Under the pieces are notes generated by a model. That model saw only the letters and a list, made by a program, of their open reading frames with translations, made no database searches and was not told where the DNA came from. Shown here one piece after another: positions 1 to 9,809 of a stretch of DNA of 64,000 nt (position 1 is its first letter; the number at the start of each line of letters is the position of its first letter). The stretch comes from Nannocystis sp. (GTDB lineage Bacteria; Myxococcota_A; Polyangia; Nannocystales; Nannocystaceae). The DNA is taken from assembly GCF_016717175.1 (NCBI RefSeq), contig NZ_JADKFZ010000004.1; one strand, 5' to 3'. A program made the position numbers and the translations under genes.

Positions 1-1088
1 CGCTCGATCATCGTCTCGTTGTGCAGGGAGATCGAGCCCCAGCCCATGGTGCCCGAGAGGCTGATCGCCATCGCGTAGCGCTGCGGGTAGAGGTCGGCGA
101 TCACCAGCGAGACCAGTCCGCCGAGCGAGGAGCCCATGGTGCCGACCACCGCGGCCTCGCCGTAGGCGGCCTCCATGCGCGGCCGGATGACGCCGTCGAC
201 CAGCTCCGCGTAGGCCTCGGCCTGCCCGCCGATCATGTCGATGTCGATGATGTCGGGGACGTGGGTGTACTCGTCGAGGCGGGCCGGGGTGTTGTCGACG
301 CCGATCAGCAGCAGCTCCGGCGGGGCGCTCTCCTGCAGCTTCCAGTAGCCGAAGGCGGCCTCGGGATCGAAGAGGTTCTGGCCGTCGTGGACGTAGAGCG
401 CGTGGGTGAAGGCGCCGTCCTGGGGGACCAGCACCTGGAGATCCCGTGGGCCGAGGCCGGCGCCCTCGAGGCCGAACCAGCGCTCGAGGTGGGCCGCGCT
501 GGCGCGCACGAGCGAGATGCGACCGTTGGCGTCGTAGTCGTAGCGGCGGCCGAGCGGGTCGGCGATCCAGTCGTCGGCGGCGAGGTCGTGGAACTTGTAG
601 CGGCTGCCGTCGGGCGCGGGCAGCTCCGCCTCGGCCCACCACAGCGCGCCGGTCTGCTGCAGGTCGGCGCCGGCCCAGGCGTCGTGGTCACCCGCGAGCT
701 GCCACTGACCCGGGCCGCACAGGCAGGCGAACAGGTAGCTGCCGCCCTGGCTCTGCACCGGCAGGCCGCCGCGCCCGGCGATCGTCTGCAGTGCCTCGTC
801 GGGGTCGACCTCGCCGGCGATCGCCATTCGCAGCAGCGCCTCGTCGTCGGGCAGCGCCGGGCCGCCGGTGGTGGCGTCGTCGGTGGTGGCGTCAGTGGTG
901 GCGACGTCGGTGGTGGCGCTGCTCGTGCTCGCGTCGGTGGTCGGGGTCGGCTCGCCGGTGCTCGTGGCCACGGTCGTGGCCCACGAGTCGGGGCCGTCGG
1001 TCGAGCTGGCCTGGGTGGTCGAGGGGCCGCCCGCGTCGGGGGAGCAGACTGTGAGTGCCAGCGTGGCGAGGAGCGGGGGGAGGCGCAC
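1..1088 (-). CDS. Secreted lipoprotein esterase (putative esterase / alpha-beta hydrolase, PF00756-like), 3' end truncated by window edge
   Basis: Reverse-strand reading frame is open to position 1 and absent from the ORF track because it runs off the edge. It translates to a GTG-start signal peptide with lipobox (VRLPPLLATLALTVCS), a T/D/A-rich linker, then an esterase fold with a GSSLGG nucleophile-elbow motif and an enterochelin-esterase/esterase-D-like tail. Confidence 0.6.
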   Translation of the reverse strand, partial: MRLPPLLATLALTVCSPDAGGPSTTQASSTDGPDSWATTVATSTGEPTPTTDASTSSATTDVATTDATTDDATTGGPALPDDEALLRMAIAGEVDPDEALQTIAGRGGLPVQSQGGSYLFACLCGPGQWQLAGDHDAWAGADLQQTGALWWAEAELPAPDGSRYKFHDLAADDWIADPLGRRYDYDANGRISLVRASAAHLERWFGLEGAGLGPRDLQVLVPQDGAFTHALYVHDGQNLFDPEAAFGYWKLQESAPPELLLIGVDNTPARLDEYTHVPDIIDIDMIGGQAEAYAELVDGVIRPRMEAAYGEAAVVGTMGSSLGGLVSLVIADLYPQRYAMAISLSGTMGWGSISLHNETMIE

Positions 1089-1189
1089 GCGCGCGCTTGT
1101 AGCAGCTTCGTCGCCGAAAATCACAAGGCGCCCGGCCGCAGTGCGGTCGGACGCCTCGAAGTGAATGGCGGAGGAAGTGCCAGCGAAGG

Positions 1190-1573
1190 CTAGCGGAGCG
1201 CCTCGCGCAGACGCGGGAGGGTGTCGGGGATGACGACGCTGACGAGGATACCGAGCGAGGCCTTGCTGCAATCGACGGCCATACCCCAGCGGTACTTGGG
1301 GTCGAGGTCGATGACGACGATCATGACCTGACCGTCCTCACCGAGGCGCAGCATGGTCTGGTGGAGGTAGTCAGGCACGGGGAGGCCGGACTTCTTGATC
1401 GTCTCGCCGATGCGCTCGCACAGGATGTTGAAGAGGGCGCAGGCCTTGGGGGAGCTGCGGATGCCGGCGACGGACATGCCAGACGATTTGCTGAACACGT
1501 CCGCGGCAGCCAAGCCGCCCTGCAAGCCGTCTTCGACCTCGGCCATCAGTGCATTTACGGTCTTCAGGTTCAT
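1190..1573 (-). CDS. Roadblock/LC7-like (MglB-like) small protein
   Basis: 127 aa with size and hydrophobic pattern typical of the roadblock/LC7 fold. Diverse composition, unlike GC-shadow ORFs. Confidence 0.45.
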   Translation of the reverse strand: MNLKTVNALMAEVEDGLQGGLAAADVFSKSSGMSVAGIRSSPKACALFNILCERIGETIKKSGLPVPDYLHQTMLRLGEDGQVMIVVIDLDPKYRWGMAVDCSKASLGILVSVVIPDTLPRLREALR

Positions 1574-1786
1574 TTCGAGGTTCCTTCGTGATCTCTGGCG
1601 GTCGCGGTCTCGCGGCCCAAGCCGAACGCCCCGGCATCCTAACTCGCTTCCGGGGCTGACTCCATCAAATTTTCAACCCGGGCCCAGGTGGCGCTGGACT
1701 GTCGCGGGCGGCCCCAGGCTGGCCAAATCAGGCCAGGAAAACGACGTCTGCTGGCGCGTTCGCGGGCCCGGCGGGTCGCCGAGCGT

Positions 1787-2254
1787 TCAGAAGCTCAGGC
1801 CCCGGATCGGGTCTGGCTCGTCCTTCTGGCTCTCCTTGAGGTAGTGCTGGGCCGCGCGGCGAAGCAGCGTCTTCAGCTCTTCGGTGTCCCAGGGCTTGGT
1901 GACGTACTGCCACATGAGGCCCTCGTTGAGACCGCGGATAACCACATTGATGTCCGCATAACCAGTGATGAGGATGCGGACGGGCGTCGGGTTGATCGCC
2001 TTGAGCTTGCCGAACAGCTCGACGCCGGTCATCTCCGGCATGCGCTGGTCGCTGAGGACGAGGTGGATCTCCTGGTCGCGGAAGATCTGCAGCGCCTCGG
2101 CGCCCGAGTTCGCGGTGTGGACCTTGAACATGTCGCGGAAGCTCTCCTCGAGCGTGTTGAGGATGCCGCGCTCGTCGTCGACGATGAGCAGGGTCAGCGT
2201 CTTCTTGTTCTCGGTCCCGAGGGCGCCGGTCTTCTGGTATTCCTTCCAACTCAT
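1787..2254 (-). CDS. Single-domain response regulator (CheY-like receiver)
   Basis: LLIVDDE...D...LVLSDQRMPEMTG...TGYAD...K receiver motifs. 155 aa with ATG start. Confidence 0.85.
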   Translation of the reverse strand: MSWKEYQKTGALGTENKKTLTLLIVDDERGILNTLEESFRDMFKVHTANSGAEALQIFRDQEIHLVLSDQRMPEMTGVELFGKLKAINPTPVRILITGYADINVVIRGLNEGLMWQYVTKPWDTEELKTLLRRAAQHYLKESQKDEPDPIRGLSF

Positions 2255-2384
2255 GCGATACCTCGCTGTCTCGGCCTGCGCCGCGGACGGGCCGAATGTC
2301 GGGGAACCAATTGGGCATGGGCATGGGCACGGGCCGGGCTGGCCGTGGCGGTCCCAATGGTGTCATTCGTTGGGGAGAGCGCGC

Positions 2385-3803
2385 TCACGGTAGGTCTCCT
2401 GTACCACCGTCCGCGCCGCGTACGTAGCGAAATGTGGACGCGAAGTGGCGGATTCCCGGCGCCTCGACCTCGAATCGCAGGCCGTGGCGCAGTTTGGGGC
2501 CCTTCTCCTCGAACACGCTGCGGATTACGTCGGCGACGTATTCGAGGTGCTCAAAGGTGTAGACGCGCCGGGGGATGGTGACGCGGCACAGGTCGAGGTT
2601 CGGGCGGATGTTCTCGCCGGTGTCGGGGTCGCGGCCGATGAGCACGCTGCCGACCTCGACCGCACGCACGCCGCCCTCCTTGTAGAGCTCGGCGCACAGC
2701 AGCTGCGCGGGGAACTCGTCCTCGGGGACGCCGGGGAAGAACTTGCGGGCGTCGATGAAGACCGCGTGGCCGCCGATCGGCTCGACGATCGGCACGCCGA
2801 ACTTCTGCAGGAGCTCGCCGAAGCGGCGGACCTGGCCGATGCGGTAGGCCAGGTACGACTCGTCGGTGACCTCGCGCAGGCCCTGGGCCAGCGCCTCCAT
2901 GTCAGCGCCCGACATGCCGCCGTAGGTGTAGAAACCCTCGAACAGGATCGTCGGGGCCTTGAGGCGCTCGTACAGGAGGTCGTCGCGCACCGCGATGAAG
3001 CCGCCCATCGGCACCAGCGCGTCCTTCTTGGCGCTCATGATGCACGCGTCGGTGTACGAGCACATCTCCTGCACGATCTCTGGCACGGACTTGTGGGCGT
3101 AGCCGGTCTCGCGGGTCTTGATGAAGTAGGCGTTCTCGGCGAAGCGGGCGGCGTCGAGGACCACGAGCAGGCCGTACTGGTCGGCGACGCGGCGGACCTC
3201 GCGGATGTTGGCCATCGACACCGGCTGGCCGCCGCCGGAGTTGCAGGTCACGGTGACGAGCACGTAGGCGACGTGGCGGGCGCCGTACTCGCGGATGACG
3301 CTCTCGAGGCGGGGGATGTCGATGTTGCCCTTGAAGGGGTGGTAACCCTCCGAGGTGCGGCCGGCGTCGATTGTGCAGTCGATCGCGCGACCGCCCGCGA
3401 ACTCGATGTGGGCCTTGGTCGTGTCGAAGTGCGAGTTGCCGGGCACGATCATGTGCTTCTTGATCAGCACGAAGTCGAAGACCCGCTCGCCGGCGCGGCC
3501 TTGATGGACCGGGATGGTGTAGCGGTAGCCCATCGACTCGCGGATCTGCCGCTCCATCTCGAAGAAGGAGCGCGAGCCGGCGTAGGCCTCGTCGCCGATC
3601 ATCATGCGGCCCATCTGATGGACCGAGAGGGCCCCGGTGCCGCTGTCGGTGATGAGGTCGATGTAGACCTCGTGCGAGCCGAGGCGGAACAGGTTGTTGC
3701 CGCAGGCTTCGATCCTGCGGACCCGCTCCTCGTACGGCAGCAGCGAGATCGGTTCGACGACCTTGGCCCGGTACGGGATGATCTGTCGCTCAGGTTTCCT
3801 CAT
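2385..3803 (-). CDS. Beta-eliminating lyase: tryptophanase / tyrosine phenol-lyase family (PLP-dependent)
   Basis: 473 aa from the internal ATG at 3803 ([19 protein letters not shown]...). Strong similarity along the whole length to TnaA/Tpl, including the SAKKD PLP-lysine region. The long R-rich N-terminal extension of the listed ORF is rejected. The ATG overlaps the upstream kinase stop as ATGA. Confidence 0.85.
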   Translation of the reverse strand: MRKPERQIIPYRAKVVEPISLLPYEERVRRIEACGNNLFRLGSHEVYIDLITDSGTGALSVHQMGRMMIGDEAYAGSRSFFEMERQIRESMGYRYTIPVHQGRAGERVFDFVLIKKHMIVPGNSHFDTTKAHIEFAGGRAIDCTIDAGRTSEGYHPFKGNIDIPRLESVIREYGARHVAYVLVTVTCNSGGGQPVSMANIREVRRVADQYGLLVVLDAARFAENAYFIKTRETGYAHKSVPEIVQEMCSYTDACIMSAKKDALVPMGGFIAVRDDLLYERLKAPTILFEGFYTYGGMSGADMEALAQGLREVTDESYLAYRIGQVRRFGELLQKFGVPIVEPIGGHAVFIDARKFFPGVPEDEFPAQLLCAELYKEGGVRAVEVGSVLIGRDPDTGENIRPNLDLCRVTIPRRVYTFEHLEYVADVIRSVFEEKGPKLRHGLRFEVEAPGIRHFASTFRYVRGADGGTGDLP

Positions 3804-5815
3804 GTGCTCCCCACGGAGGTGGTCTTCGGCGCCTCCGCATCCACCGGGAAGCGGATGAGGAAGGTGACGCCGGTCGGATCGTTGCGCCGCACCGAGATGG
3901 TGCCGCGGTGCTCCATGATGATTCGGTAGCTGATCGAGAGGCCGAGCCCCGTGCCCTTGCCGACCGGCTTGGTGGTGAAGAACGGGTCGAAGATCTTCGA
4001 CATGTTCGCCTCGCTGATGCCCTCGCCGTTGTCCGAGACCGTGATCTCGACGAAGCCCTCGTTCTCGCGTGTGCGCACCGCGACCTCCCCTCCACGCTGA
4101 CACGCGTCGATGGCGTTGTTCACAAGGTTTAGTACCACCTGGTTCAGCTTCGCTGGGAAGCACGAGTGCGGGCGTGCCAGCCGCAGCTCGGACACCAAAG
4201 TCACGCCTTTGTCGCGCGCGTTGTTGCCGAGGATCATCAGCGTCTGGCGGATGCCCTCGTCGATGTCTGCGGTCTGGAATTGCGCCTCGTCGAGTCGGGC
4301 GAAATTGCGCAGCCCGAGCACGATCTCCGCCATGCGATCGAGGCCGATGAAGCTCTCCTCGAGCACCTTCTGCGTGCGCGCGAGCAGCTCCTCGATCGAG
4401 CCCTCGTCTGCCTCCTTGCGGCGCAGGACGTAGGTGAAGAAGTCGCGGAGCATGTCGAGCTGCCGCGGCGGCGGGAGCGAGCCGAGCTCGTTGCTGACGT
4501 CCTTCACGTCGGCGGCGAGGGCCTTGTCCTGGGCCAGCTTCTCGAGCGTGGTGCGGCCGGCGGCGATGCGCTCCGACTGCGGGCCGTCGACCCGCGCGAG
4601 CCAGTTCGTGGCGGCCAGGCGGCGGCTGACCGAGGTGACGCGGGCGTGGGCGAGGTGGGTGTTGTTGCGGCTGAAGGCGAGCGGGTTGTTGATCTCGTGG
4701 GCGACGCCGGCGGTGAGCTGGCCGAGGCTGGCGAGCTTCTCGCTCTGGACCAGCTGGGCCTGCGAGGTCTTGAGCTCGTGCAGCTGCTCCTTGACGGTGT
4801 CGTAGAGCTGGTTGTTGGTCAGCGAGACGGCGGCCTGGCTGGCCAGCGAGAGGGTGAGCTCGAGCGACTGGTCGTCGTAGGGGATGACGACCTCGTCGAT
4901 GTTGCCGGCGCGCAGCTCGGCCGCCCGCGAGGTCTTGCGGTTGATGAGCTGGAGCACCCCGATCACGCGGTCCTCCTGGTTCTTCATCGGCAGGACCAGC
5001 ATCGAGCGGGTGCGGTAGCCGGTGCGCTGATCGAAGGCGGGGCTGAAGCTGAACTCGGCGCGCGGGTCGAGCTCGTAGACGTTGGGGATGTTGAGCGGCT
5101 CACCGGTGGCGGCGACGTAGCCGGCGAGGGTCGACTTGCTGACGGGGATGGCGAACTTGACGAGCTCGAGGTCGGGCAGCGAGTCGTTCTGCGAGCTGGT
5201 GAAGCGCAGGCGACCCTGGCCCTCGTCGTCGCGCTCGAGGATGTAGAGCGAGCCGGCGTCGGAGCTGGTGAAGTCGCGGGCCGTGGTGAGGATGAAGTTG
5301 AGCAGGCGCTCCGGGTCGCGCTCGGCGGACAGGGCGATGCCGATGCGGTTGAGCTTGGTGATCTCGCCGGCGAGGCGGCGGCGCTCGTGCTCGAGGGCGA
5401 AGCAGCGGTCGGCGGCGGCGGCCTCGCGCACGGCGCAGCGCAGCGCGACGGCCAGCGCCTGCGGGTCGCCGTCGGGCGGGAGGATGAAGGAGAGGGCGTC
5501 GCCGAGGCGCTCGCGCAGGTTCGCGGCCGCGGGCGCGGGCAGCAGCGCGAGCACCCGCAAGGTGTGTCCGGGGGCGACGCGCAGCTCGGTGCCCTGCAGC
5601 GCCTCGTCGAGCAGCACGACGAGCGGCCGGCCGCGGCGGTTGCTCAGGGCCCGCTCGAGCTCGGCACGGTCGAGCGCTCGCAGCTCGCCAGGGAGGCCGG
5701 CGCCAGCCGCCGCGAGCGGGGACTCGGCGAACGAGCGCGAGCACAGCACGAGCGGTCTGGACTCGTCGGGGGCATGCACCGAAGCTGTCTCATTCGAATG
5801 CACCTGGGTGGCCAT
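3800..5815 (-). CDS. GAF-domain sensor histidine kinase
   Basis: Internal ATG at 5815 (MATQVHS...). Contains a GAF domain, the H-box HEINNPLAF, and a C-terminal HATPase_c with N, G1 and G2 boxes. The R-rich N-terminal extension is rejected. Confidence 0.85.
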   Translation of the reverse strand: MATQVHSNETASVHAPDESRPLVLCSRSFAESPLAAAGAGLPGELRALDRAELERALSNRRGRPLVVLLDEALQGTELRVAPGHTLRVLALLPAPAAANLRERLGDALSFILPPDGDPQALAVALRCAVREAAAADRCFALEHERRRLAGEITKLNRIGIALSAERDPERLLNFILTTARDFTSSDAGSLYILERDDEGQGRLRFTSSQNDSLPDLELVKFAIPVSKSTLAGYVAATGEPLNIPNVYELDPRAEFSFSPAFDQRTGYRTRSMLVLPMKNQEDRVIGVLQLINRKTSRAAELRAGNIDEVVIPYDDQSLELTLSLASQAAVSLTNNQLYDTVKEQLHELKTSQAQLVQSEKLASLGQLTAGVAHEINNPLAFSRNNTHLAHARVTSVSRRLAATNWLARVDGPQSERIAAGRTTLEKLAQDKALAADVKDVSNELGSLPPPRQLDMLRDFFTYVLRRKEADEGSIEELLARTQKVLEESFIGLDRMAEIVLGLRNFARLDEAQFQTADIDEGIRQTLMILGNNARDKGVTLVSELRLARPHSCFPAKLNQVVLNLVNNAIDACQRGGEVAVRTRENEGFVEITVSDNGEGISEANMSKIFDPFFTTKPVGKGTGLGLSISYRIIMEHRGTISVRRNDPTGVTFLIRFPVDAEAPKTTSVGST

Positions 5816-6087
5816 GGTCGGGGATGCGGACGGCAAACACAAGCGAAACGGCGGCGCTGCGGCCCACAGCGGACGCCGGTGTATGCACACAGGTCGCGTG
5901 GGGCCGCGAGGCCGCGGTGATGTGAGCGAGGCTCGCGGCGGGCGCATGTGTTCGCCGCGCGGCTCGGCACACATCGTCCGCGGATGCACGTGGCTGCGGC
6001 GCTGGGCTCGGCATCGGCGATGCGCCCGGGTGCATCGCGCGACGTCGCGCGCCGCGGCGTTGCGTTCGGTGGCGACACAAAGGGCGC

Positions 6088-6180
6088 CGCATTGGCCGAC
6101 GCATTGGCCGACGCAATGGCCGCCGCAATGACACATTGGCCGCCGCATTGGGAGCCGCATTGGCCGCCGCACTGGCTGAC
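6088..6180. repeat. 12-bp minisatellite (GCATTGGCCGCC-like) x~7 in the HK upstream region
   Basis: cattggccgacgcattggccgacgcaatggccgccgcaatgacacattggccgccgcattgggagccgcattggccgccgcactggctgac. Confidence 0.8.
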
Positions 6181-6240
6181 GTCGGTGGCGACGCCGGTGC
6201 ATTGCACGTGCCCGCTGGCGCGGCGGGCACGTGCAGGATC

Positions 6241-7608
6241 TCAGTCGACCTTGGGCAGGGCCGCCATCGCGGCCTCGATCGCCTCGGCCGGGTACTCGTA
6301 GTCGGCGAGGCTGCCGTTGTTGAACGCGTCGTAGGCCGACATGTCGAAGTGGCCGTGGCCGCAGAGGTTGAACAGGATGACGGGCGATGTGCCGGCCTCG
6401 GTGGCCTTGGTCGCCTCGCGGATGACCTGGGCGATCGCGTGGGAGGCTTCGGGGGCCGGGACGATGCCCTCGCTGCGCAGGAACACGCGGGCCGCGGTGA
6501 AGGCCTCGAGCTGGCGGACCGCGTGGGCCTCGATGATCTTCTGATCGTAGAGCTCGCTGATGATGCTGGCCATGCCGTGGTAGCGCAGGCCGCCCGCGTG
6601 CACCGGCGGCGGGATGAAGGCGGCGCCGAGGGTGTGCATCTTGATCAGCGGGGTCATGCCGGCGACGTCGCCGAAGTCGTAGGCATAGACGCCGCGGGTG
6701 AGGCTCGGGCAGGCGGCCGGCTCGACGGCGAGGATCCGGATGTCCTTGTCGTGGGCCAGCTTGTCGCGCACGAAGGGCAGGGCGATGCCGGCGAAGTTGC
6801 TGCCGCCGCCGGTGCAGCCGATGACGATGTCGGGGTAGTCGCCGGCGCGTTTGAGCTGCAGCATCGACTCCTGCCCGATGATGGTCTGGTGCATCAGGAC
6901 GTGGTTGAGCACCGAGCCGAGGGCGTACTTGTACTTGCCGCCGCTGGTCGCCGCGGCCTCGACGGCCTCGCTGATCGCCATGCCGAGCGAGCCGGTGTTG
7001 TGCGGGTCCTTCTCGAGGATGGCGCGGCCGCAGTTGGTGAGGTTGCTCGGGCTCGCGTTGACCGTGGCGCCGAAGCTCTGGATCATCGAGCGGCGGTGCG
7101 GCTTCTGGTCATAGCTGACGCGCACCATCCACACGAAGCACTCGAGGCCGAAGAAGTTGCAGGCCTGCGAGATGGCGGTGCCCCACTGGCCCGCGCCGGT
7201 CTCGGTGGTGAGGCCCTGCACGCCCTCTTGCTTGTTGTAGAACGCCTGCGGGACGGCCGTGTTGAGCTTGTGGCTGCCGCTCGGCGAGCCGCCCTCGTAC
7301 TTGTAATAAATCCGGGCGGTGGTCCCGAGGGCCTTCTCCAGCCGGCGCGCGCGCAGCAGCGGCGTCGGGCGCCACAGCTTGTAGATCTCACGGACCTCCT
7401 CCGGGATCTCGATGAAGCGCTCGCGGCTGACCTCTTGCTTGATCAGCTCCATCGGGAACAGCGGGGCGAGGTCCGCGGGTCCGATCGGCTGATGCGTCCC
7501 CGGGTGTAGCACCGGGGGTAGCGGTCGCGGCAGGTCGGCCTGGATGTTATACCAGCGGGTCGGGATCGCACTCTGTGGCAGGTCGAATCGCGTCACGGAC
7601 TCAGTCAT
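6241..7608 (-). CDS. trpB: TrpB2-type tryptophan synthase beta subunit-like PLP enzyme
   Basis: 455 aa, ATG at 7608. The N-terminus MTESVTRFDLPQSAIPTRWYNI and HK..N PLP-lysine region are typical of the TrpB2 (indole-salvage) clade. The upstream 600 codons of the listed ORF are rejected. Confidence 0.85.
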   Translation of the reverse strand: MTESVTRFDLPQSAIPTRWYNIQADLPRPLPPVLHPGTHQPIGPADLAPLFPMELIKQEVSRERFIEIPEEVREIYKLWRPTPLLRARRLEKALGTTARIYYKYEGGSPSGSHKLNTAVPQAFYNKQEGVQGLTTETGAGQWGTAISQACNFFGLECFVWMVRVSYDQKPHRRSMIQSFGATVNASPSNLTNCGRAILEKDPHNTGSLGMAISEAVEAAATSGGKYKYALGSVLNHVLMHQTIIGQESMLQLKRAGDYPDIVIGCTGGGSNFAGIALPFVRDKLAHDKDIRILAVEPAACPSLTRGVYAYDFGDVAGMTPLIKMHTLGAAFIPPPVHAGGLRYHGMASIISELYDQKIIEAHAVRQLEAFTAARVFLRSEGIVPAPEASHAIAQVIREATKATEAGTSPVILFNLCGHGHFDMSAYDAFNNGSLADYEYPAEAIEAAMAALPKVD

Positions 7609-7855
7609 TCGCGGCTCCAATGCGGCCCATGATATCGCGGTCACAAGCCCGCGGGAACACTCGATCGTCGATCGCTTGCACGGCGAGCGGCGCGACTTCG
7701 CGGCGGAGCGTGGTCGTCGCGATGGGTCGATGCGCGTACACGCGTCGGTGCGGCGCGCGGCGGTGCTCGCAGGATGACTCTTGGGACATGTCCCAAGGGT
7801 CACTGGCAGAATCGCCGCGTCGCGCGCGAACGCCCGAGGGGTGCTGGACCGGGGC

Positions 7856-7912
7856 GGCCTGATCGGCGGCCTGATCGGCGGCCTGATCGATGGCCCGATT
7901 GATGGCCCGCGG
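7856..7912. repeat. 12-bp minisatellite (GGCCTGATCGGC)x3 + (GGCCCGATTGAT)x2 between the AGCS and trpB2 genes
   Basis: Direct reading. Confidence 0.8.
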
Positions 7913-7928
7913 TGGCCAGTCAGGCGGG

Positions 7929-9710
7929 TCAGGGGCGGGGCTGGTGGGGGCGGACGGGGAACTCGCCGGCGCGCAGGCGCGCGAAGTATCCGCGGTAGGC
8001 GGTCATCGTGACGCCGCCGAAGAGCAGCATGATCGGGATGTTGACCCACAGCATGATGCCGGTGCCGACGGCGGTGATGTTGTCCAGCTCCTCCTCGGTG
8101 GTGATGACACCGGCGCAGGCGACGACGATGCTGACGCAGTAGAAGATCTTGTAGGGGAGGACGCTGCGTCGGCCGGCCATGTAGACCATGCCCTGCTCGC
8201 CGTAGTAGGCCCACGAGATCATGGTCGAAACCGCGAACAGCCACGAGGCGATCGCGACCATCCATTTGCCGAGGCCCGGTGAGACGCGATCGAAGGCGTG
8301 GCTGGTGAGGGCGGCGCCGACGTAGTCCTTGTAGACCTCGGTTGTGTGGAGCGTCGGCGCGACGGCGAGCGGGCCACCGGGGGCGCCCACGGGGGCCCAC
8401 GTGACGGCAAGGCGATCTCCCTCGTCGGGCCCGTTGGTGTCGTCGGGCCCGTGGGTGTCGACGCGGACGACGGTGCCGGTGACGCGGCGCAGGTCGGTGC
8501 CGCTGCCGACGTCGACGGCGCCGTAGCGGGCGAGCAGGAAGACGTTGTCGCCGAGGCGCCAGTCGCTGCCGCTGATGGCGAGGCTCTCGGGGCGCTTGGG
8601 CGGGAGCGGGGTGTCGGGCAGGTCCCACACGCCGGGCTCGACGGCGACGAAGCCCGGCGGCGTGACGAGGGCGGCCTCGCCGTCGCGGTTCCAGGCGCCG
8701 CTCGAGAGCACCACCAGAGAGGTGAGGGTGCAGACGACGATGGTGTCGATGAAGGGCTCGAGGCCGGCGACCACGCCCTCGCGCACGGGCTCGGTGGTCT
8801 TGGCGGCGCAGTGGGCGATCGGCGAGGAGCCCTGGCCGGCCTCGCAGGAGAACAGGGCCCGCTTCATGCCCCACAGCACGGCCATGCCGAAGGTGCCGCC
8901 GACGAAGGCGCCGCTGGCCTCGGCGGGGTTGAAGGCGCTGACGACGATGAGGCGGAGGATGCCGGGGACCTCGCCGATGGTGTGGCCGAGCACGTAGAGC
9001 GCGGCGATCAGGTACATGCCGCACATCGCCGGGACGATCGCGCCGGCGAAGGCGCCGATGCGCTTGATGCCGCCGAGGATCACGAGGCCGACCAGCACCG
9101 CCAGGATCACGCCGACGATCGGCTGCGGCACGCCGAAGGACTCCTCGGTGACGACGCCGACGTTCCAGGCCTGGAACATGTTGCCGCCGGTGATGGTGGA
9201 GATCAGCAGGGTGATGCAGAACAGGACGCCGAGGGTGCGGCCGAGCCAGGCGAGCTTGGGGCTGCGCTGGCGCAGGCCGTCGTCGATGACCCACATCGGG
9301 CCGCCGCTCGGCTCGTCGGGGTTGTCGGTGCGGCGAAACAGCATCGACAGGGTGACCTCGGTGGTCTTGAGGGCCATGCCGGCGAGGCCGACGACCCACA
9401 TCCAGAACACGGCACCCGGGCCGCCGAGAGCGATCGCCACGGCGACGCCGCCGATGTTGCCGAGGCCGACGGTGGCCGAGAGCGCGGCGGAGAGGGCCTG
9501 AAAGTGGTTGATGGCGCCGGGGTCGCGGGCGTCATCGTAGGCGCCGGTGATGACGCGGACGCCGTGGGTCAGCGCGTGGTACTGGCAGAAGCCGCTCCAA
9601 ATGGTGAACAGGAGGCCGACCGCGAGGACGATGTAGAGCACGCTGTCGTGCCAGATCACCGCGTTGATGGCGGTCAGCCAGTCGTTGAGGCCCGTGCGCA
9701 GCGCGTCCAT
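7929..9710 (-). CDS. Alanine/glycine:cation symporter (AGCS family) with a large inserted soluble loop
   Basis: AGCS signature regions (GLGNIGGVAVAI, multiple TM helices). An insertion of about 110 aa (VTPPGFVAVEPGVWDLPD...APTLHTTEVYKD) lies between TM segments. Confidence 0.85.
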   Translation of the reverse strand: MDALRTGLNDWLTAINAVIWHDSVLYIVLAVGLLFTIWSGFCQYHALTHGVRVITGAYDDARDPGAINHFQALSAALSATVGLGNIGGVAVAIALGGPGAVFWMWVVGLAGMALKTTEVTLSMLFRRTDNPDEPSGGPMWVIDDGLRQRSPKLAWLGRTLGVLFCITLLISTITGGNMFQAWNVGVVTEESFGVPQPIVGVILAVLVGLVILGGIKRIGAFAGAIVPAMCGMYLIAALYVLGHTIGEVPGILRLIVVSAFNPAEASGAFVGGTFGMAVLWGMKRALFSCEAGQGSSPIAHCAAKTTEPVREGVVAGLEPFIDTIVVCTLTSLVVLSSGAWNRDGEAALVTPPGFVAVEPGVWDLPDTPLPPKRPESLAISGSDWRLGDNVFLLARYGAVDVGSGTDLRRVTGTVVRVDTHGPDDTNGPDEGDRLAVTWAPVGAPGGPLAVAPTLHTTEVYKDYVGAALTSHAFDRVSPGLGKWMVAIASWLFAVSTMISWAYYGEQGMVYMAGRRSVLPYKIFYCVSIVVACAGVITTEEELDNITAVGTGIMLWVNIPIMLLFGGVTMTAYRGYFARLRAGEFPVRPHQPRP

Positions 9711-9809
9711 TGCATGTGCCCTTCGCCGGGCGACCGGGATGATGACAGGGGGCCGGCGCGCTGCGCAACGCCGGCGATGGCGGCCGCCCTACGCGGGGTG
9801 GCGGCGTCT

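Noticed and set aside
21-1193. 390-aa plus-strand ORF
   Set aside because: R/A/G/V-rich low-complexity translation antisense to a well-formed esterase lipoprotein gene. Typical high-GC shadow ORF
1688-2581. 297-aa plus-strand ORF, and the 212-aa minus-strand ORF at 1728-2366
   Set aside because: Both overlap the clear CheY-like receiver gene (1787-2254) in other frames. Arginine-rich and repetitive
2445-3929. 494-aa plus-strand ORF
   Set aside because: Antisense to the tryptophanase-family gene. A/G/D/V-rich with no domain logic
4166-5920. 584-aa plus-strand ORF, and the plus-strand ORF at 5268-6131
   Set aside because: Antisense to the GAF histidine kinase. Low complexity
6136-7509. 457-aa plus-strand ORF, and the N-terminal 600 codons of the 6241-9399 ORF
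   Set aside because: TrpB2 is complete from the ATG at 7608. The remaining upstream region is R/P-rich shadow overlapping the AGCS gene
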